A program made the translations under genes and the position numbers. From positions 54,250,001-54,314,000 of the forward strand of contig NC_043012.1 of assembly GCF_006345805.1 (NCBI RefSeq): a DNA stretch of 64,000 nt, written 5' to 3'. This document shows, in pieces, positions 12,245 to 25,852 of this stretch. Position 1 is the first letter of the stretch. Each line of letters opens with the position of its first letter. The notes beneath the pieces were generated by a model. That model had not been told where the DNA came from. It made no database searches and worked only from the letters and a program-made list of their open reading frames with translations. This DNA comes from Octopus sinensis (taxonomy: Eukaryota).

Positions 12245-12340
12245 AAGACACAAATGTAGCCGTATGGCAGAACGTTTGCTTCCCAACCACATGGTTCTAG
12301 GTTCAGTCCCACTGTGTGGCACCTTGGGGCAAGTGATTAG
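12245..12340 (+). mobile_element. SINE A head fragment
   Basis: CCAACCACATGGTTCTAGGTTCAGTCCCACTGTGTGGCACCTTGGGGCAAG. Confidence 0.75.
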
Positions 12341-12550
12341 CTACTGCCTAAAACTTATTCCTATGCGGCATCAAATAGATATTAAACCTATATACCATGC
12401 CCTCTGTAGAAAGAACCACCAGAAATAAATATATAATTATATTTAGAAAAATCATTATACACCACTGAACCTGTCCTGAGACGGTTCGTTAATGCCGACG
12501 GTTGCGGTAAGAACTCGTGGGTTGAAGCACAGAGGGAGCAGCAGGATCAA

Positions 12551-12920
12551 GTGGAGGCGCAATGGCCCAATGGTTAGGGCAGCGGACTCACGATCGGAGG
12601 ATCGCGGTTTCGATTCCCAGACCGGGCGTTGTGTGTGTTTATTGAGCGAAAACACCTAAAGCTCCACGAGGCTCCGGCAGGGAGAGGTGCGACCCCTGTT
12701 GTACTCTTTCGCTCCAACTTTCTCTCAATTTTTCTTCCTGTTTCTTTTCCCCGACTTCCTATGCAACCGCTGAGCCCTGGATGCGCATTCATCCATCCGT
12801 CGATGCTCTCGGTGTCGGGGGTTGACCTGCTTTCTCTTCTGCGGGTCTTACGAATAGCAAAGGACCACGTTTCGGACTTCTCCTCAGAGGACGAAGACCG
12901 CTTCGCTCAACAAACAAACC
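12551..12920 (+). mobile_element. SINE C with a distinct 3' tail
   Basis: Same head and body as 8829, different sequence after CAACTTTCTCTC. Confidence 0.85.
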
Positions 12921-12944
12921 AGCAGGATCGAGACTCCAGTGACT

Positions 12945-13290
<346 letters not shown>

Positions 13291-13809
13291 CCATTATAAA
13301 GATCGGATATAGCCGTTTGGGATTGTACAATAGGGCCGGGCCGCCAATCTTGAGCTATTATAGCTTCGTAATATGTGCCACGATTTCTTTAATTGTTTTA
13401 GACGTCTAAAGGCATAGACACCGCTTCGGGCCCATGTTCTCCTTGGTCCGGCAGGACATCCAAGACGAGACAACAGGATGGGGAGAGAAGGATAGAGAGA
13501 GTGAGTGGTGAGAGAGTGAACAGGTGAAAGAGAGTGAGTGGGTGATAGAGTTATAGGGTGAAGAGAGTAAGTGGATGAGAGAACGAGGGAGCTGCACAAT
13601 CATCCGACTGGTCTTAATTTGCACTTAAATAGGTGGGAACAACGTAAAATGAAGTCCCCAGCTCAAGGACACAATAAACTACATTGTCCAGGAATTGAAC
13701 CCACGACTTTGGCCGTATGAGCCGAATATCTTAACCACTAGAACACAATCATCGATTGCGATAAAAAGCAAAAAAAAACTATGTACTGCTGCGCAGCTCA
13801 ACATCTCAT

Positions 13810-14305
13810 GTGGAGGCGTAATGGCCCAGAGGTTAGGGCAGCGGACTCGCGGTTGTAAGAACGCGGTTTCGATTCCCAGACCGGGCATTGTGAGTGTTTA
13901 TCGAGCAGAAACACCTAGGCTCCACGAGGATCCGGCGGGGGAGGGTGGTGAACCCCGCTGTACTCTTTCACCACAACTTTCTCTCACTCTTTCTTCCTAA
14001 TTCTGCCACAAAGCAGAGGAACCATGGTGTAACCCACTATGGTGTGGTAAACTTTCAGACCCTAGTCTAGATTGCGAATCCTCTGGACCCCAGGATGGTC
14101 CAGCTCTCCAACCGTTAAAATCCACCGTTTACGGGACGAGGATAACAACGTAGGTTTCGCGCCCGTGCAACCGCCAGTCTATCGCGTGTGGAGGGTGGAT
14201 GTTCAAGTTGCCACACGCATTCTTAGTAGCTTAGAGTAGGCTCAAATTAGAGATTATTCTTTGTGGCTAATGGCCTGAGTCCTGACTGGAAGAAGAAGAA
14301 GAAGA
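13810..14305 (+). mobile_element. SINE C followed by a tail ending in (GAA)n
   Basis: Head TGGCCCAGAGGTTA / GGTTTCGATTCC; ends ATGGCCTGAGTCCTGACTGGAAGAAGAAG; the tail could instead be a separate insertion. Confidence 0.75.
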
Positions 14306-14464
14306 ACAACAACAACAACAACATCTCACAATGCCAAGGCCCCCAAAATGGTTTACTTGAGGCTACGCTGCAGCAGTTAATACAAAGCAATAAGGCCTGC
14401 TATAGCTGGAGAATCCCGCTGACTCCCTAAAATTGGGTAGCAGTCATCCAGCTGTGCAACTCAT

Positions 14465-16991
14465 CATCATCATCATTGTTCGACCGTGGTCGAGACAATG
14501 GAATTTACCATGTTGCGCCAGACTTCACGGTCCATCATAGCATTACGGAGGTCCTGTTGCTGGATGCCTGTATCCCTGGAGATTACATCAGGGTAGGAGA
14601 GTGTGCGCCCTCTGGTGTTGCGAGTAGATGGCTTCCAGAGGAGAAGAGTAGAAATTACTTCTTTTTCAGCTCTACAACAATGTCCAGCAAACTGGACTCT
14701 CCTACCCTTCACAAGAGATGACACAGGTGGTAATTCCCATATATTTGCATTTTAGTTGGATGGCGCCTCCACGAGAGATTTTGAGCTCTCATAAGGAGGC
14801 GAGTGTAGGTTCCATCCAACCGCCTCTCAAGCTTCTTGATAACGTCCAGGTTTCTGAGCCATATAGTAGGATTGGTTCGACTGTGGCTTTGAATATTTCA
14901 AGTTTGAAGTCTCTACTTAGATTTGATGACCAGATCTTATGCATGTCATTACAGGCTGACCAGGCCATACCCTTTCTAGTTAGAAAGTCTTTTCCAGATG
15001 ATGATATGTATGACCCAAGATATTTATAATCAGAAACCATATTTAAAGGTGCACTGTTGAGAGTGTGGATGATGCAATCACTGTTGGACAGGCACTTGTT
15101 TATGTATTCAGTTTTGGTCTCATTAAGGTAAAGACCTACACAATTTGAGGCTTGTTCAAGAGATTGTAAAAGAGACTGGGCATTGGAGAGAGAATCACTG
15201 ATAAGAGCGATGTCGTCAGCAAAGTCAGTGTCTGTCAAGTACTCAGCTGGGTGTCTGGAACTTCTTCTTGGTTTTATTTCAAAGCCCTTGCCAGAGATGG
15301 TATCAACTGACATACGTAGCACATAATCAACAACAATGATGAAAAGAAATGGGGCGAGTGTGTCTCCCTGCAGTATTCCGGCCTCGATCGAGAAAGATGA
15401 TGTTTCTCCATCAGGGGTTAAGATGGTTGAAGACGTATCTGTGTAGAGGACCTTGATGGCAGAAATAATTTTGTCTGGTATCCCATAGAGCTTAAGGATT
15501 TCAAACATCTTGCACCTATCTACAGAATCGAACGCTTTAGAAATCTACAAATACCATTGCAAGATCGCGATTAAATGCTTTTGATTCTTCAATAAGTCTG
15601 CGCAGGCATAGTATCTGGCTCAGCGTTGAGCGCCCATGTCTGAATCCATTTTGGTTCTTCGGAGGGCAAAGGTTCAACAAAAAGGACAAGACGATTTAGG
15701 ATCAGTTTGTTGTACAGTTTTGCAGCAATTGACATTAGAGATATGCCCCTGTAGTTGGTGACGAGGGACAAATCGCCTTTTTTGGGTATTGGAATGATTT
15801 GAGACTGGTGCCAAATCTTTGGAGCGACAAAGGTGGAAAGTGTGTGGTTGCAGAGGTTAAGCAAAAGTGTGTGAAATCTATCATCCTTCCAATCACAGCC
15901 GGAATGTTGTCGGGACCAAATGCTTTCGAGGCTTTTAGTTGCTTGGTGGCTGCTGTTAGTTCAAATATGGTAAAAGGGGAGGTGTTGATGTCCAGCGTGT
16001 CTGATATAGGTACACTTGGGAGAGTGGGGTTATCAGGGATTTTGGCATTCTTCCCAGGAGGTTTTTAAAATGGGTTGACCAATTTTCTAAACGCTTCTTA
16101 GCTGATCCCCCTTAATTCTAATTGATGACCCAGAATTTTTGCCTGATAGGTCTTTGATGGATTTCCAGGCGAGATGGTGTTTTTTACTAATGTGCTCTTT
16201 CGATAGTTTACTAATTTTGCCATTGATAAATTCGACCTCGGCGTTCAAGTAAGCCTCATCAAGATTCTTCCTGGCAGCTATGAGTTGGATCTTCAGTGAC
16301 TGGGATGGAGAACGGTGGTAAGCTAGTGATATAGACTTTAGATGGTTTCTGGCTCGATGACATTTGGGGAATTAGAAGGTTTGCTCTGGCCCCTACTCTT
16401 CCTTTTGGGAAGAGTAGCCAGTGCAACTTCCTCTGTTGATTTGATGAGGCTGCTGTATACTTCCTCAATGTTCTCAGCATCTATTTCAGAAGTAGACAGA
16501 GATTGAAATGTGTTATAGACCTCAATAGTAAATTGTTTGGACATATCTCGGGGTTAGATAAGACTTCCTCCCAGTCGATCATTTTGATCGGGTGAGGCTT
16601 AGTTTTTTTGGATGAGCGAAGACTAAGCTTAACGGTAGCTGATACAATTCTGTGGTCAGAGCCGACAGAACTAAAGGAAGAGTAGGATCTCGAGTCTTAA
16701 CACTATTGCGCCATTTCTTTCGAAAGATGAGGTAGTCAATTTGTGCCCTATCACCAAGTGGGGACTCAAATGTCCAAAGTTGACCTTTTGGTTTCATAAA
16801 AGAATTGTTGGAGGTGTAGAGATTAAATTCCTCCAAGAAGTCTTTGAGCATTTCTCCGTTCCGATTGGTTTTAGAGTTGAAAGTAAACTTGGTCTCATCG
16901 GGTCCTAGTCTAGCATTCAGATCACCAGCTATAACCAGAAATTATGGAGAGGTACTTGCTCAATGGTTGAACGAAGGGTTGTGTATAGGGT
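14465..16991 (-). mobile_element. RTE-clade LINE, 5'-truncated in the APE domain, with frameshifts
   Basis: APE: VIAGDLNARLG, AQIDYLIF; RT: NYRGISLMSIAAKLY, GILQGDTLAPFLF, DFADDIAL; (TGA)n tail; TSD TGTGCAACTCAT at 14453-14464 and 16992-17003. Confidence 0.95.
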
Positions 16992-17449
16992 TGTGCAACT
17001 CATACAGGACCACTATAGGGTCCATCATGGATAAGTTCTTGCATCACATACCCCGTCAAACTTTCTGCTGGAGGTAAGCAGCATTTCATTCTAAATTACA
17101 AAACGTAAAATCTTCAATCGCATTAAAATTTACAAATTTTCGAGTTAGGTCACAAAATCCTTCAATTATAATCTGATAAAAAAAAATTGCGGCTTTCAAT
17201 TAAAGACACCATTTGGTTCGCAGTCTGCATATTCAACCCATTGGCGTAACAGTGAAACCGTAAAAGACTTTTCTAAATCCAAGATGGAAATTTCCAACTG
17301 TTATTGTCTTCTACATTAAACGCGAAATGCTTTGTTTTCTAACTTGGAAACCAAACCATCTCTTTCTTTATTAAAATTTCAATTATTTTCTTTTTAAGTG
17401 AAAACACACATAAACACACACATAAACACACACACAAACACATACATAC

Positions 17450-17457
17450 ACACACAT

Positions 17458-17507
<50 letters not shown>

Positions 17508-17656
17508 TACAATATATATACATATATATATACATATATATATTATATATACATATATATATGCATGTATGTATGTATGTATGTATGTATGTACGTATGC
17601 ATGTATGTATACACATATCTACATGTATGTCCACACATATACATATGCATACATAT

Positions 17657-17710
<54 letters not shown>

Positions 17711-17737
17711 AACATCAATATCCATTAATATATATGT

Positions 17738-17813
<76 letters not shown>

Positions 17814-17858
17814 ATATATATTAATGGATATTGATGTTTATATATATATATATGTGTA

Positions 17859-17902
<44 letters not shown>

Positions 17903-17931
17903 CATATGTATATGTGTAGACATACATGTAG

Positions 17932-17984
<53 letters not shown>

Positions 17985-18170
17985 ATGCATATGTATATGT
18001 GTAGACATACATGTAGATATGTGTATATATATATATATATATATACATACATATATATTTACATATATCCATTAATCCATCCATCCATTAATCCATACAT
18101 AAATACATGCATACATACATACATACATACATACATACATACATACATACATACGTGCATACAGGCATGC
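17450..18170. repeat. Compound TA/CA/TATG microsatellite containing a roughly 335-bp fold-back palindrome
   Basis: Inverted unique arms at 17711-17738 and 17810-17838; outer arms near 17608-17655 and 17895-17942. Confidence 0.85.
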
Positions 18171-18496
18171 ATGGATACATACAGTCACATCAATCAATCC
18201 AGTACATACGTACACATACATATAATACAATACAATGCAATACATCCAACCACACACATAATACTCTCATTAGCAACAGTGTAATTGGTGTATTAACCAC
18301 GATTCTATTACTCGCATTGGAGCTGTGTTTTCAGCTTTCCACCAACTTCCTTTGTGTATTTTAACTTCCTCAATAAATATGAAAGAGGTTGGTTTGTTAA
18401 GATCTAGAATTATTGATTTTTGCCTCGATGCATTCGGCTCCAATGGTTTTTAAACAGAAAGTATCTCACATTCTCTCTTGTCCTCTCTTATATACA

Positions 18497-18542
<46 letters not shown>

Positions 18543-18549
18543 TATATAT

Positions 18550-18580
<31 letters not shown>

Positions 18581-18586
18581 ATATAT

Positions 18587-18632
<46 letters not shown>

Positions 18633-18835
18633 ATATACACATAAATATTTAAATACATCTTTCTTGCTCATCTAGCTTTGCATTCACGTACGCCCACACA
18701 CGTTATCACACACACTATTGCACATATATATTCATATATGCATGCATGTGTGTGTGTGTGTTAGTTAATGAAGACTATTTCAAATATAATTTATATAAGT
18801 TCATGCAAATATCCATATATATATATATATACACA

Positions 18836-18874
<39 letters not shown>

Positions 18875-18930
18875 CAGACGGGCAGCAGACAGACAGAGAG
18901 AAGGGTAGGATGAGAGTGGTGTGGTAATGA

Positions 18931-18987
18931 GAGAAAGACAGACAGTCTTGAAGACTAGCAGACATGCGTAGTAATACATATAAACAG

Positions 18988-19035
<48 letters not shown>

Positions 19036-19204
19036 GGATGGATGGATGGATGGATGGATGGATGGATGGATAGGTAGATAGATGGATGGATGGATGGATG
19101 GATGGATGGTAGATAGATAGATGGTTGGTATGATGGACTGGACGGACGGACGGACGGACGGACGGACCAGACAGACAGACAGACAGACAGACAGACAGGC
19201 AGGC

Positions 19205-19238
<34 letters not shown>

Positions 19239-19440
19239 TAGATAGATAGATAGATAGATATATATAGATAGATAGATAGATAGATGATAGATAGATGGTG
19301 GATTGATGGATGGATGGATGGATAGGTAGATAGATGGATGGATGGATGGATGGATGGATAGGTAGATAGATAGATGGTTGGTAGAGAAAGACAGACAGTC
19401 TTGAAGACTAGCAGACATGCGTAGTAATACATATAAACAG

Positions 19441-19512
<72 letters not shown>

Positions 19513-19601
19513 GGATGGATGGATGGCTGGATGGATGGATGGATGGATGGATGGATAGGTAGATAGATAGATGGATGGATGGATGGACGGACGGACGGAC
19601 G

Positions 19602-19641
<40 letters not shown>

Positions 19642-19648
19642 GGCAGGC

Positions 19649-19740
<92 letters not shown>

Positions 19741-19853
19741 TGATGGATGGATGGATGGATGGATGGATGGATGGATAGGTAGATAGATGGATGGATGGAT
19801 GGATGGATGGATAGGTAGATAGATAGATGGTTGGTAGGATGGACGGACGGACG

Positions 19854-19897
<44 letters not shown>

Positions 19898-19903
19898 GCA
19901 GTC

Positions 19904-19948
<45 letters not shown>

Positions 19949-19955
19949 GGCAGGC

Positions 19956-20027
<72 letters not shown>

Positions 20028-20030
20028 TAA
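18931..20030. repeat. Compound GATA/GATG/GACG/GACA satellite with higher-order duplication
   Basis: Unique 60-bp spacer GAGAAAGACAGACAGTCTTGAAGACTAGC.. at 18931 and 19384. Confidence 0.9.
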
Positions 20031-20464
20031 GCAATAAATTTCAGAATAATAAGCGCCCCCACTTCATGCAGTTTTCTCCAAGAGTGTGTAATATATATCT
20101 TTTTCTATATACAAGGCCACGTTGCTCCATACGTCCTTAATTTAAATTCTTTGGTGTGATTTGAGAGAAATTTGGTTGTTGTATATAACGGAGGTTTTCG
20201 CTCTTTCCACGGACGTAAGTGTGGTTGTTACTATTTAGCCCAGGCTCCCTAATTGAATAAGGCCTTAATAAAAGACTTTACAGTCACCATCATACCGTGT
20301 CTTGTTTGCATAGCAGGAACTACAACAGAGGTTCTCAACCAGGATCCATATAAGATTTTGTTGTAAGAAATTATGTGCAATAAACATTTTATGCTTCTGC
20401 AATGCACAAACTATTTTTATAATTATTTTAATACAATTCCTAGTTATATTCAGCAATCCTTTCT

Positions 20465-20855
20465 ACTAAAAACACAAGGCCTGAAATTTTGGGGTAGGGG
20501 ACTAATCAGTTACATCGACTCCAGTGTTTCACTGGTACCTAATTTATCGACCCTGAAAGGATGAAAGGCAAAGTCGACTCCGGCGGCATTTGAACTCAGA
20601 ACGTAAAGGCAGGCGAAATACCTATTTCTTTACTACCCACAAGTGGCTAAACACAGAAGGGACAAACAAGGACAGACAAACGGATTAAGTCGATTATATC
20701 GACCCCAGTGTGTAACTGGTACTTAATTTATCGACCCCGAAAGGATGAAAGGCAAAGTCGACCTCGGCGGAATTTGAACTCAGAAGGTAACGGCAGGCGA
20801 AATACCGCGAAGCATTTTCCCCGACATGCTAACGATTCTGCCAGCCCGCCGCCTT
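20465..20855 (-). mobile_element. SINE B tandem dimer
   Basis: Two body units joined at GAAATACCTATTTCTTT. Confidence 0.85.
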
Positions 20856-20914
20856 CTAATAATATTTAATTAAAAAAATACAATGGGATTTTTAAATCGT
20901 TGAAAAGGTAGCTT

Positions 20915-21305
20915 TTATCTTTGATCTTTTACTTGTTTCTAGATTGCGGCCATCCTGGGGCACCGCCTTGAATTTTTAGTCGAATAAATAGGCTCCAGTA
21001 CTTAGTTTTAGCCTGGTACTTATTCTATCAATCTTTTTAGCCGAACCGCTATGTTACGTGTACGCAAACACACCAACCTGGGTTGTTGAAGCGGTGGTTG
21101 GACGACAAGCACAGACACAAATAGACACACACATATAGAGATAGAAATATACATATATATATACGACAGGCTTCTTTCAGTTTCCGTCTATAAGCTCCAC
21201 TCACAAGGCTTTAGTTGGCTTGAGGCAACAGTAAAAGACACTTGTCCAAGTTGAACCCGGAACTATGTAGTTGGGAAGCAAGCTTCTTATCACCCAGCCA
21301 CGCCT
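20915..21305 (-). mobile_element. SINE A
   Basis: Both modules present, diverged. Confidence 0.8.
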
Positions 21306-21926
21306 GAGATTCCACCCGAGTAAAACAGGAGCCAAAAGAGTCGATAGCGTTTAAAACGGTTGAGAACCAGTCAGCTATATTCTGGTTCCTGAAATGTTTT
21401 TCTAAACACGATAGAACGTGATTTGAGTGGGGCTTTTTTTTTTTTGGCTTGTTTTTTTTTGCCACCAATTCTAGCAGGACGAGCGACCGCGAAGACGTTC
21501 TTTTATTGAATACCAAGACCAGTTGACAACTGCTCGTCTTGAATCCAGCAAAAGACCGGCGTCCTATTCATTGGGAATATTGTGATTTCGGTCACTTATA
21601 TGCCATGGAATTCGGCTGTACGGTCTTATGAGGTAAAAAGGACAGATAGAATATGTACCAGCCTTAAAATGCGATTCACTCAATTAAAAATTCTTCAAGG
21701 CAATGCTCCAGCGTGGCCGCAGTCTAATGACTGAAACAAGCAAAATATAAAAGATAGGAATAGGATACTCAGAGGCTCCATTGTTTTAGAAACGAAGAAC
21801 CATGCTGATTTCAAAAAGAGATAAGGAATTAAAATAGCAAATGAGTGGATTTATTGCACTTGCTGTAGAATTAAAGGACTCGTTCAAGTCCCTTATGCAA
21901 ATAAGGACACACACACACTTTCTTTG

Positions 21927-21997
<71 letters not shown>

Positions 21998-22031
21998 ATA
22001 TATATATAATGCATAGCAATAGATGTATATA

Positions 22032-22225
22032 CGAGGTGCTGCTTAAAAATTACTGGTTTTGAATAAAAGAAATTACAGGAGGATCAATTAATTATGATTT
22101 TATCCAACATATTCCCCTCTCAGATTCACACACTTATTGCAACGGTCCTTCAGTGTTTTTTAAGCCCTGTAAAAGAACTAAGAAGGTTTGGCCTCCAACC
22201 AAGTCTTTCGCGAGACCCTTGAAGG
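22032..22225 (-). mobile_element. Mariner 3' end with TIR
   Basis: TA + CGAGGTGCTGCTTAAAAATT; KDRCNKCVNLRGEYV* on the minus strand. Confidence 0.7.
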
Positions 22226-22620
22226 GTGTTTTAATAAAGACACTTACGTATCCCATGTATATGTGTATGTGCGTACAGATACATACATATATATATATAT
22301 ACATATATGTGTGAGTCTGTGTGTGCGCGCGCGCGCGTGTTGTGTGTGTGTGTATTTAAGCACGCATACGAACTTACAAACATATATACATTTAAACACA
22401 AGACTCCCTCGCGTTCGGTACTCTGTATTTATTATGGTAGTTTTGACTTTAAGAGTCCCTCATAGCGTGAGGCATTAATGTGTAGAAATGCCCTTAATAT
22501 AAATAGGTATATTTAAAGGGAATAATTATATGTTTTCCCTTATGAGGTTTTTCACGCTGACTACTTGATAAATTCTTATAAAGATTTTATCCTATTTTTG
22601 AATTTTAAATTTAACCGGAA

Positions 22621-23003
22621 TTTGCTAACCAACCACATGGTTCCGGGTTCAGTCCCACTGCGTGGCACCTTGGGCAAGTGTCTTCTACTATAGCCTTGGG
22701 CCGACCAAAGCCTTGTGAGTGGATTTGGTAAATGGAAACTGAAAGAAGCCCATCGTATATATGTATATATATATATTGTGTATATGTGTTTGTGTGTCTG
22801 TGTTTGTCCCCCTAGCATTGCTTGACAACCGATGCTGGTGTGTTTATGTCCCCGTCACTTAGCGGTTCGGCAAAAGATACCGATAGAATAAGTACTGGGC
22901 TTACAAAGAATAAGTCCTGGGGTCGATTTGCTCGACTAAAGGCGGTGCTCCAGCATGGCCGCAGTCAAATGACTGAAACAAGTAAAAGAGTAAAAGAGTA
23001 AAG
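22621..23003 (+). mobile_element. SINE A
   Basis: Near-complete copy. Confidence 0.9.
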
Positions 23004-23260
23004 AGTGCTGAATTATTCTGAATATACACGCGTACCGAGATGGTGAGAAATGTGAGGTGATGAGAAACGTGGTGAGAAACGTGGTGAGGAACGTGTTTCA
23101 CAGACAGCACTGTTGGCGAACACTGGCAAACGCCACTATCTGAATTCGTACAAAGGCATAACTTTGGTAAGCCTAAAAACATTCAATTAATCGCTAGATC
23201 AGTGGTTGCCATGCGACTTTTATAATTTCCTCGTTTCCAAGTACAATATACACATACGTC

Positions 23261-23758
23261 ATTACATGGAAAAACGCGAGCATGAAAAGTAATATTCTAA
23301 AGATTATAAACCTGGGAAAGTACAGGACTAGTTATTATACCTGTAAAAGTATACGACATGCTATTACTTCTAGTAAAGTAAAGAATAAGAAACCTTTTAC
23401 TTAAAATACTGCAGCAAAGAATGGCAGTTCTTCTAATTTATCACTCTTGACAGTTCTCGTCTTTTTAATTTATTGTACAAAACTGTTGAGCTAATTTGTA
23501 AGTTTGTCTAATTAGTCACTTTTTTCTGTATTTAAGATAGTAACTTGGTCAAATTCTACTTAAATAAGTATAGTGTTATTTGTAAGCTATAGTAAAATAA
23601 GTTTTAGCATTCAAATTTTAATTTTAGCTGCAATATTTTAAGTAAAAAGTTATTTATTCTTTACTAGAAATAATAGCTTGTCCTATACTTTTACAGGTGT
23701 AATAACTTGTCCTGTACTTTTCCAGGTTTATAACCTTAAGAACATTTTTCCATGTAAT
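23261..23758. mobile_element. Unclassified MITE or fold-back element with long (about 140-bp) TIRs
   Basis: ATTACATGGAAAAA termini; AAAGTACAGGAC.AGTTATTA.ACCTGTAAAAGTATA..TTTTACTTAAAATA.TGCAGC mirrored at both ends. Confidence 0.8.
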
Positions 23759-24679
23759 CCAGGATTTTTTAAGGTATTGCTGTTATGAGATAATTAATAA
23801 TGTGTCAAATGATAATTTAAAATTTTACCTTATAAAATACTGAAAGATAATATTTCAATTTTTCCATGTATGTGATTTTGATTTTTGATTTTTCCAGTTT
23901 CAGCTTATGAGCTGTGACCATGCTGGGGCACCGCCAGTGATGATAATATTTCAATTTTTTTTCATGTTTAATTTAAATATATGTTGTGATTGAATTATTT
24001 GATATTATCCAACCACACCAAATTAATGGCAGGGATTTTTACCATGTTGTTGGTTGTACCATGCCTCACCAAAAGTTACAAACAAGACCCCAAAACCATC
24101 AGTTACTTAAGTAACCTAATTTTGCAATATTAGGAGGTCACAGGAATTCATTCAACAAAAAAAAAATTTCTTATGATTCCGGGATGATGGGGAAACCCCA
24201 CCTCATTTTCTTTCGAACCAAAATAAGGGATTTGCAGCATATTAGGAGGTCAGGGTACTTGATTCCACGCAAAAAATCAATTTTTTTCTTAGTGAAAGTC
24301 GTGCGGATTTTAATATAGAAATGTTGTTGTTATTTAGCCTCAAATCAACCCTGATACTACAAGCCTATCATCAAAGACATTCCAGCCTTCAGCAAACCGT
24401 CTTTTTAGAGATAATCTAGGACATTATGTACAATGGGTGTATGATTTAGGTAGGGGATACTTTGGCTGCTATTTTTAGCGTGTCGAGCGACCATGAAACA
24501 CGAATTTGTCCATTGTCACTCTGTAACTTCTGACGAAATAACTTCTAAAATACAAAATTTTGTCAAAAGCCCTGTTCTATGTGACAGATTCTACCAGTAT
24601 CGGAAGTTTCAAAGTGCTTAGTTAAAAAAAAAAAGATAATTAAATAATCTGTACGTCTAATTGAATAGATCCAAAATGG

Positions 24680-24785
24680 AAAAATGACCAAGTCGACCTC
24701 GGCGAAATTTGAACTCAAATCGTAAAGACAGGCGAAATACCGTTAAGTATTTCGCCCGGCGCACTAATGTTTCTGACAGGTCACC
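24680..24785 (-). mobile_element. SINE B fragment
   Basis: AAGTCGACCTCGGCGAAATTTGAACTC..TTTCGCCCGGCGCACTAA. Confidence 0.75.
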
Positions 24786-25169
24786 CCCTTAGGTTACAAC
24801 AATTCATTTTAGAAACATATTCTTTATTCTTATTGCTTGGGGCATTACTTCTTACTTCTTCACTTACTGACATTAAATTTCGTGACATTTTACCTCATAA
24901 CTTTTTTTCTACTAATTTTCGTTCAATGCGACTAACGATTCTGAATTCCTCATGCATTTTTCTCTCATTTAAGCCTAAGAAAAGTATACTTTTAATATAA
25001 AATAAAAAAAATTATGTTAATTGAAGATGAATATCTGCCTTACTGCCCACCTTGAGGTCTGACATATTTTGATGTAACTTTTTTTCTACTGAACCAAATC
25101 TCAAACTATATATGCCAAACTGTAGCTGAGGAGGTGTCCTCTTTAAAGCTATTAACTGTTTGCAATTTA

Positions 25170-25385
25170 GTTGAGAACTGATTAGTCGATTAGCTCGACT
25201 AAAGGCGGTTCTCCAGCATGGCAGCAGTCAAATAACTGCTAAGGTGGTGAGCAGGAAGAAATGTTAGCACGCCGGGCGAAATACTTCCCAGTATTTCGTC
25301 TGTCTTTATGTTCTGAGTCCAATTACCGCTGAGCTAGACTTCGCCTTTCATCCTTTCGGAGTCGATAAATTAAGTCACAGTTCCG
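25170..25385 (+). mobile_element. SINE A tail fragment abutting a SINE B
   Basis: CTAAAGGCGGTTCTCCAGCATGGCAGCAG, then AAGGTGGTGAGCAGGAAGAAATGTTAGCACG. Confidence 0.75.
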
Positions 25386-25752
25386 TAGAGTGGGATGCTT
25401 AGCGGCATCCTTCTTAATGATGTGGTTCTGTTTTTTTTCCATTTTGGTCTTTATTATATGTACTGTTTGTTTTTCATTTTTTTTTCGGGTCTGCTATTTG
25501 GTTGTTATTTATATGATTACCTCTAATATCAATAAAGCTCTTTGGATATTGAGCCTTTTCTATCCTAATCTGTACATACAGTCTTCTATCTCTATACTCT
25601 GTCCTAGCTACGGTCTATGCTCGTAAGAATAATACAATTAGTGGGAACACGCGTAGCGATGCAATAAAATATTTATAAATTCCATCCATGGATTATTATT
25701 ATTATTATTATTATTATTATTGTTGTTGTTGTTGTTGTTGTTGTTCTTGTTC

Positions 25753-25795
<43 letters not shown>

Positions 25796-25808
25796 CATCA
25801 TCATCATT

Positions 25809-25841
<33 letters not shown>

Positions 25842-25852
25842 ATTGTTATTAT

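Noticed and set aside
23040-23097. 12-bp tandem GTGGTGAGAAAC repeats; regularly spaced SINE B repeats elsewhere
   Set aside because: No unique spacers and no cas genes; not CRISPR.
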